This document shows, piece after piece, positions 55,610 to 64,000 of a stretch of 64,000 nucleotides of DNA. The notes beneath the pieces were generated by a model. That model was not told the origin of the DNA. It searched no databases and saw only the letters and a list, made by a program, of their open reading frames with translations. The DNA is from Opitutales bacterium. GTDB taxonomy: Bacteria > Verrucomicrobiota > Verrucomicrobiia > Opitutales > PNEW01. How positions within the stretch are numbered: position 1 is the first letter of the stretch; every line of letters starts with the position of its first letter. The DNA lies in the NCBI GenBank assembly GCA_965197745.1, contig CBDANS010000006.1, positions 800,001 through 864,000 of the forward strand, read 5' to 3'. Position numbers and translations under genes: made by a program.

Positions 55610-56157
55610 TTTACCCCCAACACTGCCATTTTTAAATTTACTTGCACAAGATTGGGTTCTAGTTCACCGACAGCATTACAACTGAATCTATCAATACGCG
55701 TGAAAAACCTCCCATTTTGAAGTTCATAGATAAAATTTAGTATTTCTTTATAGGTTCCTGATGCCGATAAATCATAATATATGGGTGCATAATGTTCGCT
55801 CACTTCATCTTCGACGAGTGGCTTTTGCTGCAGATTTTCCAGCCGAACGCCACTGCGCTGTTCAATTTGGAATAAATACTGATAATTAATTGCCTTATCT
55901 CCCGGGACTAATAAACGTGAATCTATTTCTTCGCTCATCGCAGTAATTTTGTCTATATGCTTTTGCATATCTACGGCACGAAGATCGTTGTTTTGAATTA
56001 CAGACCAGGACGTTTCCTTCTCTTCCAGATTTTCTTTCAAAGTCGGGACTCGGCCACTTCGTAAGTAAATGACCGCTACCAATACCAAAGCAAGCGCTAC
56101 ACTGACAACAGCGAGGGGGTATTGCTTAAGTTTTGCAATTATAGCTTCGGTATTCAT
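55606..56157 (-). CDS. PilO-like protein
   Basis: N-terminal TM, coiled coil, GTYKEILNFIYELQ..RFFTRI core. Confidence 0.75.
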   Translation of the reverse strand: MNTEAIIAKLKQYPLAVVSVALALVLVAVIYLRSGRVPTLKENLEEKETSWSVIQNNDLRAVDMQKHIDKITAMSEEIDSRLLVPGDKAINYQYLFQIEQRSGVRLENLQQKPLVEDEVSEHYAPIYYDLSASGTYKEILNFIYELQNGRFFTRIDRFSCNAVGELEPNLVQVNLKMAVLGVK

Positions 56158-56790
56158 TCTTCAGGCTTAAGTTCTATAACCATGGTGAAATTAAAAAGGC
56201 CGAGATCATCATCACGCACCATGGAATCCAATTGGGCTTTGTTAAGGATATCCTTAAACATTTCTAAATTTTCTATATTTTTAATGTAGTCATATACTGT
56301 TTGTGTCGCAGTCTCCGCGGTGCCATAGGCGGATCCTCGAATATTTAAGACATGAAGGGTGAATGTCTTTTTCCCCTCTGAGACCTCTTTAATGACGTAA
56401 GATATCTCTTTGAGAAGCATGGGGGGGGGGGAGCGTTTCTCCCAGATAAGAGAGGAAATCCGAAGGGTTGATCGGTGAATCAACAAATTCTTCCAGTTCT
56501 CTGACTTTCTTCGAGACATTATCAAACTTGGAACTGAAGTTCAGGTTCTTGCTGTTCTCTGAACTCTTTGCATTAATTTTTGATTCTAATTCGGTTATTT
56601 CTGAGCCAAGAGCATACCCGCCATACTCATTATAGATCAGGTAAAAAAATAATGCTAAAGCGATCGTTACCGATAATATATTCACAAAGAAGTCCGTCCG
56701 GATAACCTTTATATCCGGTAGGGCATCGCTATTGCGAAAATCAGGATGCCAGTTAGGTTGGATAACCTTTTTAGCTTTAGTTAGCGCCAT
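56154..56790 (-). pseudogene. PilN-like protein, frameshifted at a G11 tract
   Basis: WHPDFR..LPDIKVIRT + TM + coiled coil. G11 at 56421-56431; G10 would read ETLPPPMLLKEISY through to the C-terminus. Confidence 0.75.
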
Positions 56791-57550
56791 CCTCAGGTAT
56801 GCTGTAATTACCCATCAAGCTAAAGAGACTGAGCCAGCGGCTGTCGAGGTTCTCTAGCTGTACTTCGTCACTAACACTGACGCCCATCGACTGTAACCAG
56901 CCTGGGTAATCTAGATGTAATACCTCCACCCCTAAAGAACGGGATAAGGTCTGGTGAATCCAGTTTAGGTTTTTCGGTAATAGCGTAAGGAAAATTTGTC
57001 CAATAGTCTGACCCGTTTGCACTTCATAAAAACCCGTGGACGATTGCAGCTCTTTGAGCATTTTATTGAGCAGGGCCGAACCCATCTCGGTAAAGTCAAA
57101 GGTGTCTGAGTAAAAAAGTTTTTTCGCCGACTCCTCGTCTTTAAGATCAAGCTCTTTCTGAATAACCGGAAACATCCCATTCAATCCGTAGGGATAGGCC
57201 GTGTTACATCTACTTTTTCACTGTTAAGGATAAAGACGTTTGAATTTGTTGAAGTAATCTCAAGGACCAGCGTTGGCATTCCAATTTTTTTAAAGCGGGA
57301 ATAATTTACTAACCCGCCCAGACTACTTAATGATCCCAACTCTATCCGCTCGGGATAAACGCCATACTTAATAATCTTTTCCTGCTCGGCGTTTAAATCT
57401 TCGGTCTGGGCACCACAGAGGACAAGTTCCTTTTGGTTTTGCACACCCTTATCTAAATCGAATTCACTGCCATCAACTGCATTCACGACAGAAGTAAGAT
57501 TTTTACTGGGATCAATGCGAAATTAGTCGTTTAACAAATTAAAAAAATAT
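56777..57550 (-). pseudogene. PilM-like (actin-fold) protein, 5'-truncated, with nonsense codon and frameshift
   Basis: ...LLND*FRIDP (TAA 57523-57525). One base is missing at G3 57191-57193 (restores RPIPYGLNGMFP). No start codon or coding signal upstream. Confidence 0.7.
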
Positions 57551-58301
57551 GAGCTTCTTGAACGATAGCGCTTATAATAATAAGACTGTATAAGATATTA
57601 TGCAAAGAAGAGAACCATTATAAAATATTTTTTCATCAAAACACAAGTTTTTTCCCAATATGAAATTACGTATATCTGAATGGGTATAATTATATTTTAA
57701 CTGTTTTTCCATTGATATTAAAGATGAAAGCAATCTCCACAGTTGCAGATTACAATAGGTCTTAACCGGATTTTAAAACGAAAGAAATCAGACCTTTGAA
57801 TTAAAATTCACCTGAATCCCGGTTGTTTATAATTGTGAATGAGTTTTTTACTCTTCTCTAAGGGAAATTATATAAAGTTAATTTTTATGAATGTATATCC
57901 GATAATAATGAACCATTCGATTAATGCTGCATCTAAAGCTGAAACCGCTTTTCGCTTTTCTTGAGCGCTGAAGAATTTCAGATCATAATACTTAAGCGGA
58001 ACAATATTTCAATTTCCAGGATGATATGAATACAGAAAATGATTCGTTCTATTTAGGTCTTCGAAAATCTACAGATGAAGGACCATGCAAAAAGTAATTT
58101 GTGTGCGGGGTATTGCTATTGTTCTTGTAAATGATTTTTACAAAGAAGCACCCTCGGCAAAAACCCGCTTACCTTAATCTCGGGCAGTAGTCGGCTTGAG
58201 TCCATCTTGTGACAACATCGATCATAACAAGTGATGCCCCAATCGGAGACAAACTTTATTCAAACGAGCTCGATCAATAATATATTTAACGCCGTAAATT
58301 T

Positions 58302-58964
58302 TTACCTGCGTGACAGCGCAAAAAGGTAAAGTAGATTTCCCAAGGATGCGATAAAGGCAGCCACATAGGTAAATCCTGCCGCATCCAAAGTTTTACTTAC
58401 CCCTGGAATTTCTGAAGGATCAATAATTCCCAGATTCGGCAATTGGGCTTTAGCGCGCCTGCTCGCATCAAATTCTACAGGAAGCGTTACCAGCTGGAAG
58501 ACGGTTAATACAAGATAAACGAAGATGCCCAACTTGATCAGCCCAAGGATGCCAAAGAAAAAACCACCGATGATTACAAATGGCAGCAATCGAGAGGCAA
58601 AGTTCGTAATCGGAATCAGGGCCATACGTAATTGAAGTGCTTTGTAACCTGCTTTGTGCTGAATAGCGTGCCCAGCCTCGTGGGCGGCAACACCCAAAGC
58701 CGCTAAACTCGTGCCCTTATAATTCTGTTCACTTAAAGCAAGGCGTTTATTTACGGGATCATAATGATCGGTTAAATGACCACGAATGGCGACGATATTA
58801 ACATCATCAATGCCTGCGTTTCGCATTACATAAGCGGCAGCTTCTCGCCCGGTAATTCGACTGCGGGAATTCACTTGAGAATATTTATTATAAGTACTGG
58901 ACACCTTTGCCTGCGCCCACATACCGATAATCAATGGGACAATAAGAAATAATAGAAAGTTCAT
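58302..58964 (-). CDS. Membrane zinc metallopeptidase (YugP-like)
   Basis: LTDHYDP, AAHEAGHAIQH, TLPVEFDASRRA; ATG 58964 preferred. Confidence 0.92.
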   Translation of the reverse strand: MNFLLFLIVPLIIGMWAQAKVSSTYNKYSQVNSRSRITGREAAAYVMRNAGIDDVNIVAIRGHLTDHYDPVNKRLALSEQNYKGTSLAALGVAAHEAGHAIQHKAGYKALQLRMALIPITNFASRLLPFVIIGGFFFGILGLIKLGIFVYLVLTVFQLVTLPVEFDASRRAKAQLPNLGIIDPSEIPGVSKTLDAAGFTYVAAFIASLGNLLYLFALSRR

Positions 58965-59108
58965 TGCTCTATAGTTATTTATACAGGGGATAAAACAATC
59001 TGTTCCCCTATCCAGCAAGTCAAGCCAAAGAACCTCTCAATAGTATGCGTTAAAGAGACGTAATTATGCTGGGTTAAAGCTTGAGAAGCAGCATTAAAAA
59101 CCTCCCTT

Positions 59109-61235
59109 TTATCTAGCCAACCCGTCTCTAATAAGGAGCGCCTTTAGATCCGGATCTCGTCCCATAAAATCCTTAAATAGTTTGGACGGATCTTCTAAAT
59201 TACCTTTATTGAGGATTTTTTCCTTGAATTCGCGCCCCACGCACGGACTTAGAACACCTTCAGTTTTAAAACGCGTGAAAGCATCGGCATCGAGCACTTC
59301 GGCCCATTTGTAAGAATAATAGCCAGAGGCATAACCGACGCTGCTGGCAAACAAATGAGTGAAACGCCGGATTATTGTAGGTGGTTTAGTTTTGCTTGGC
59401 GCATGATAAAGCGCGAGCATCTCTTCCAAAATGGAATCAAGATCACGCTCCGCAAATTGCGGAAAATGCATATGTAACTCCAAATCCATTTTCGCGAAAG
59501 ATAATTGACGCATCATGATACGCGCGGATTGAAAATTTCGGGCGCGAATCATTTTATTATACAGTTTGTCAGGTATTGTCTTACCCGTCTTATAATGACG
59601 CGCAAATAGATCCAGACTTTGACGCTCCCAACACCAATTTTCCATAATCTGTGAAGGTAATTCGACAAAATCCCATGCGACATTGACGCCATTCATCGAT
59701 TTAATTTCCGCTTCACCAAGGATGTGATGCAAAAGATGACCAAATTCGTGAAAGATGGTACTTACTTCGTCATGTGTGAGGAGAGCAGGTTTATCACCGA
59801 CCGAAGAAGTCAAATTTCCACATATAAGTCCGAGATGCGGATCACGTTTGTTTTTTGCATGATTTATATCCCCCGTAATTAGATAATTCATCCACGCTCC
59901 GCCACGCTTGGATTCACGAGGGTGCCAGTCAGCGTAAAATGATCCAAGATGCCGATCGTCATGATTGTAGACTTCATAATATTTTACCTCTGGATGCCAT
60001 ACCTCTACCGGTTTCATCCAGGGTGAATAAGTATCGGGTTTAGGTCTTTCATTTTTATTTTTACTATTTGGATAAAGAGCCGGGCACTCTTTAATCTTTA
60101 ACTCAAAGATTGATTCAAAGAGGGTAAACATACCTTTTATTACGCGGTCGATCGGAAAATAGGGGCGCAGTTCCTCTTCATTGAAGTCATAACGTTCTTT
60201 TCGCAATTTTTCTGACCAATATAAAAGATCCCAAGGTTCGATTGGTTCTTTAGATGATCCCGTCTTTTCCGCCTTGAATAATTCCAGCTCTTCACACTCC
60301 TTATCAAAGGTTTCTTTAATACGGCCATGTAAATCATCGATGAACCCAAGTGCCGTAGCCCCGTTCCTCGCCATACGTCGCTCTAAAATGAGATCGGCAA
60401 AATTTTCTTTACCCAGCAGTTTCGCTTTCTCTTCGCGCAAAGCCAGGCTTTTCCAGATTAATTCGCTATTATCGAAAGGTTCAGTGTGGCCAATCGCCGC
60501 GAAGGATTCCCATAGTTTTTTACGAATACGGTCACTCTCCAGATACTTCATTGAGGGGAGAAAAGAAGGGGTGTGTAAGGTAAATCGCCACTTGGGTTGT
60601 TCTTCCGAGCCGATGCCTTTATTTAAAGCACTTTGATGTGCAGCTTCTTTTGCGGTGGGGGGCAGTCCTTCGAGCAAAGCCTCATCATCCAGTATCAACT
60701 CATAATCATTCGTGGAATCTAAAACATTTTCAGAATATTTTTGCGTAACTTGCGCCAGTTCCTTTTCCAATTTTTCCAGAGATTGTTTCTTATCCAGAGG
60801 AAGATCTGCCCCGTGTTCGCGAAATTCTGCCATCGTCTCATTAATAAAACGTTTCTTCACCCCTCGGGAATTCCTGGCGTCATTAGTCTGTGCATATATC
60901 TTCAAATCCGACCACAGTTCGGCATTGAGAGATATCCTGGCGTAGAACTCGGATACTTCAGGTAGTAATTCATTATAAACTTTTCGAAGTTCTGGAGAAT
61001 TACACACCGCGTCCAAATGATTCACTATTCCCCAGGCTACATTAAGCTGCTCTGTCGCTTCTTCGAGGGCAAGAAAACTACTTTGGAAAGTGATGCGATC
61101 TTTATCCTGTACGCAGATTTCATCTATACTATTCTGTGCTTCCATTAATGCCGTCTCAATTCCAGACTTAACATAATCTGTCATTAAAAGTGACCAATGA
61201 ATATCGAATGAAATCTCGAGAAACGGATTATTCAT
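59109..61235 (-). CDS. prlC: M3 family oligopeptidase A
   Basis: NPFL, LRPYF, KRGGAWM, FHEFGH, DFVELPSQ, GYYSYKWAEVLDADAF. Confidence 0.9.
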   Translation of the reverse strand: MNNPFLEISFDIHWSLLMTDYVKSGIETALMEAQNSIDEICVQDKDRITFQSSFLALEEATEQLNVAWGIVNHLDAVCNSPELRKVYNELLPEVSEFYARISLNAELWSDLKIYAQTNDARNSRGVKKRFINETMAEFREHGADLPLDKKQSLEKLEKELAQVTQKYSENVLDSTNDYELILDDEALLEGLPPTAKEAAHQSALNKGIGSEEQPKWRFTLHTPSFLPSMKYLESDRIRKKLWESFAAIGHTEPFDNSELIWKSLALREEKAKLLGKENFADLILERRMARNGATALGFIDDLHGRIKETFDKECEELELFKAEKTGSSKEPIEPWDLLYWSEKLRKERYDFNEEELRPYFPIDRVIKGMFTLFESIFELKIKECPALYPNSKNKNERPKPDTYSPWMKPVEVWHPEVKYYEVYNHDDRHLGSFYADWHPRESKRGGAWMNYLITGDINHAKNKRDPHLGLICGNLTSSVGDKPALLTHDEVSTIFHEFGHLLHHILGEAEIKSMNGVNVAWDFVELPSQIMENWCWERQSLDLFARHYKTGKTIPDKLYNKMIRARNFQSARIMMRQLSFAKMDLELHMHFPQFAERDLDSILEEMLALYHAPSKTKPPTIIRRFTHLFASSVGYASGYYSYKWAEVLDADAFTRFKTEGVLSPCVGREFKEKILNKGNLEDPSKLFKDFMGRDPDLKALLIRDGLAR

Positions 61236-61329
61236 AGTTCTCTTCTACCTGGTTTCAATACAATCTGAATCATTCATTATAAAGTTTATCCAATAATTAA
61301 TAACTGAGCAGAATATTTTATTTAAGGCC

Positions 61330-62208
61330 TTATATCCTACCCTCGTCAAAAGATAAATTATTCCAGTTTTTTCTTAAGGATTCAGGGGTAGCGCCGCTCG
61401 CTCTCAATGCTTGCAAGCTAAGTGCATCATGCCGTTTTGCCAACCTTTTACCGTTTTCGTCACAAAGTAATGGGCAATGGTAAAAAGCGGGTGGGGTCCA
61501 GTTTAAAGCACGATAAAGCAGCAGTTGGCGTGCAGTGGAGAGTAATAGGTCTTCCCCTCTTACGATTTCAGTTATTCCCATATATTGATCATCGGTGACC
61601 ACCGCCATTTCATAAGATGGAAATCCATCTTTGCGCCAGACAATGAAATCTCCGAAATCTATTCCCGCTATAAACTCAATTTCACCTGCCATCTCATCAA
61701 TAAATCGAATAGCTTCACCATCAGGAACGCGAAAACGCCAATTTGTTTTACTGGGCGTTGAACGGTGATCAACAGATTTTTCCGGCGGGCGAAGAGAGGT
61801 TGGAAAAATCGGGTCAGATTTATCTTGGTGAGGCGCACTGAGAGCATTTAGAACGTCTTTTCGAGAATGTGAGCTTGGATAAATAGCACCAGCTTTATTC
61901 AACTTATCCCATACTTCCCGATAATATGATAAGCGTTTACTTTGATCATAAGGAGCGTGTGCTCCTCCCACGTCAGGACCTTCATCCCATTCAATACCAA
62001 ACCATCGCAAATCTTCGAAGATGATTTTCGTAAACTCGGGTTTACAACGCGAGTAATCTATATCTTCATTGCGATATACAAGCGTTCCGTTTGAATTTCT
62101 GGTTCGTTCCTGTGCCATCCAAAATGTACTTGCATGACCTAAATGCAGATGGCCGGAAGGAGAGGGCGCGATGCGCCCCCTGTATGATTCATTAAGGGGA
62201 AAGTTCAC
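61330..62208 (-). CDS. gluQ: tRNA glutamyl-Q(34) synthetase
   Basis: GRIAPSPSGHLHLGH, GDFIVWRKDG, VRGEDLL, RLAKR; lacks the anticodon-binding domain. Confidence 0.88.
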   Translation of the reverse strand: MNFPLNESYRGRIAPSPSGHLHLGHASTFWMAQERTRNSNGTLVYRNEDIDYSRCKPEFTKIIFEDLRWFGIEWDEGPDVGGAHAPYDQSKRLSYYREVWDKLNKAGAIYPSSHSRKDVLNALSAPHQDKSDPIFPTSLRPPEKSVDHRSTPSKTNWRFRVPDGEAIRFIDEMAGEIEFIAGIDFGDFIVWRKDGFPSYEMAVVTDDQYMGITEIVRGEDLLLSTARQLLLYRALNWTPPAFYHCPLLCDENGKRLAKRHDALSLQALRASGATPESLRKNWNNLSFDEGRI

Positions 62209-62462
62209 TTTAGTTGAATCACTTATTTCACAATATCACGGTGGCATTGTAATTTATAACTACAGCTCACTCCTTTGTCTTATAAACTTGCTCTCGACAA
62301 ATTAAATCTTATATACAAATTTAAAAATTGATTTTTCATTAGATTCGTTTGCTTTTGAAATATTCAATGGGATTAATCCATCCCATGGTAAATATTGAAT
62401 CGCAGATGCGGTCGGATTTACCCTTGGCTATAAATAGCTTTCACCTATAAGATTAAATTTTT

Positions 62463-63716
62463 ATGGATTCAACAACGAGTGTAAAAGCACCCTCAGAAGG
62501 TGTCACTCAATTTTCAGAACTGGGTTTATGTAAAGCTGCTCTGCGCGGAGTGGAGCTTCAGGGCTATACAGAACCGACACCGGTGCAAATCCAGGCTATA
62601 CCCATAATTCTGAAAGGAAAAGACTTAATCGCCGGCTCTCAAACGGGCACAGGGAAAACAGCTGCTTTCGCTTTACCTATCCTATCACGATTAAAAAAAC
62701 ATGGCCCGTGTCGATGTCTTGTCCTCGAGCCAACACGCGAACTGGCGGCCCAGGTTAAAGATGCATTTATTACTTATGGGAACGGGTTTAATTTACGTGT
62801 AACGCTTCTGCACGGAGGTGTAGGGTACGGTCGTCAGCTTGATGATTTTAAGCGTGGCATTGATATCATAGTGGCAACACCGGGAAGGTTGTTAGACCAC
62901 TTGAGCCAAAAAACGCTCCATTTAAAAACCATTGAGATCCTTGTCCTTGATGAAGTTGACCGGATGCTTGATATGGGATTTTTACCGGACGTCCGACGCA
63001 TTATCCGCCAATGTCCTCAAAAGCGTCAAAGCCTGCTATTTTCTGCCACGATACCAACTGAGATTGAACGATTAGCAAACTGGGTCCTCCATAATCCTGA
63101 GTGCGTTGATATTGGAGGTGGCAATTCCACGGCCGAAACGGTCAAACATACCATTTATCCTGTGGACGACCGCCAGAAATTCGATCTCTTACTTGCTCTT
63201 TTAGAAAAAGTTGAATTTCACAGCGCTATTATTTTCTGCCGCACCAAGGCAGGTGCCGATATAATAGCTCGGTGGCTGGAAGCTGCTAATCACTCGGTGG
63301 TCACACTACACGCTGACCGAACACAAAAAGAACGTGATAAAGCTTTGAAAGGTTTCAAATCGGGAAATTACGAAGTGTTGGTGGCAACGGATATAGTTGC
63401 ACGCGGAGTTGATATCACCACTGTCAGCCATGTAATCAACTATGACATTCCCCAAAATCCTGAGGATTACGTTCACCGCATCGGACGCACTGGCAGAGCT
63501 AAAAATGAAGGGGATGGCATGACTCTATATTGCCCGGGTGAGCAGAATTATCTTAAAGCTATCGAGCGATTTATCGGGCAGGAAATTCCTAAAGTGAAAC
63601 TCGATGGCTTTAATTATAATTATATACCCTTTCTCGATGAGAATAAAACTTTACCGAAAAGACGAAATCGCGGGTTTCAATCGAAAATAAATTTCTCGAG
63701 TGGCCGACGTCGCTAA
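62463..63716 (+). CDS. DEAD-box RNA helicase (RhlE-like)
   Basis: Q motif, QTGTGKT, PTRELA, TPGRL, DEVD, SAT, ARGVD, HRIGRTGRA. Confidence 0.95.
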   Translation: MDSTTSVKAPSEGVTQFSELGLCKAALRGVELQGYTEPTPVQIQAIPIILKGKDLIAGSQTGTGKTAAFALPILSRLKKHGPCRCLVLEPTRELAAQVKDAFITYGNGFNLRVTLLHGGVGYGRQLDDFKRGIDIIVATPGRLLDHLSQKTLHLKTIEILVLDEVDRMLDMGFLPDVRRIIRQCPQKRQSLLFSATIPTEIERLANWVLHNPECVDIGGGNSTAETVKHTIYPVDDRQKFDLLLALLEKVEFHSAIIFCRTKAGADIIARWLEAANHSVVTLHADRTQKERDKALKGFKSGNYEVLVATDIVARGVDITTVSHVINYDIPQNPEDYVHRIGRTGRAKNEGDGMTLYCPGEQNYLKAIERFIGQEIPKVKLDGFNYNYIPFLDENKTLPKRRNRGFQSKINFSSGRRR

Positions 63717-63748
63717 CGATCAGGCAGGTACTGCTTAAGAGCAGAATT

Positions 63749-64000
63749 TCAGCTCTCCTCAAATTTACGGTTAAAAAGCTCCTCGATATCGTCGAGCAAC
63801 TCCACCGCCTGGTCGCCGGTTGCCGCAAATCGCAGTATTGTATTTTGACCGGCTGCTAACATCATTATTCCCATTATGCTTTTACCATTTACCTGCTCTT
63901 CGTCCTTTTCAACCGCGACGTCAGCATTATATTTATTAGCGATGCGGACAATCATCGCAGCCGGACGGGCATGAATGCCTAATTCATTCTGAACGGTCAG
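63749..64000 (-). CDS. ptsH: HPr phosphocarrier; starts beyond the window end
   Basis: LTVQNELGIHARPAA (His15) and NGKSIMGIMML (Ser46). Confidence 0.93.
   Translation of the reverse strand: MTVQNELGIHARPAAMIVRIANKYNADVAVEKDEEQVNGKSIMGIMMLAAGQNTILRFAATGDQAVELLDDIEELFNRKFEES

Overview
Bacterial chromosomal window, probably Verrucomicrobiota/Opitutales (inferred from gene repertoire, not verified). It holds about 50 genes; I saw no rRNA, tRNA, CRISPR array, prophage or transposase. Intact housekeeping genes (lpdA, rarA, thiD, thyA-folA, purKE, trkAH, prc, prmC-prfA, mog, prlC, gluQ, DEAD helicase, ptsH) surround a ~22 kb cell-envelope island at 15.5-37.8 kb. The island combines lipid genes (serine-palmitoyltransferase-like enzyme, FabB-like ketosynthase, ACP-dehydratase fusion, oleC-oleD), three glycosyltransferases, an exosortase-EpsI fusion, an O-antigen-ligase/TPR protein, Wzc/Wza/beta-barrel export proteins, a TPR protein, and a secreted protein with a FecR domain apparently inserted into a discoidin-like domain and a Pro/Asp tail ending PPVSN. 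This is the best candidate for an undescribed lipid/glycan surface-anchoring system. A second strong signal is selective gene decay. Frameshifts, in-frame stops of all three types, a truncation and an internal deletion hit comEC, the pilM-N-Q pilus genes, wzc, wza, the TPR gene, a response regulator and an oxidoreductase, while core genes are clean. Also present: a nested REP-like palindrome cluster (10.7-11.2 kb) and two candidate structured intergenic elements (51.0 and 58.1 kb). All protein identities come from motif recognition, without database searches.
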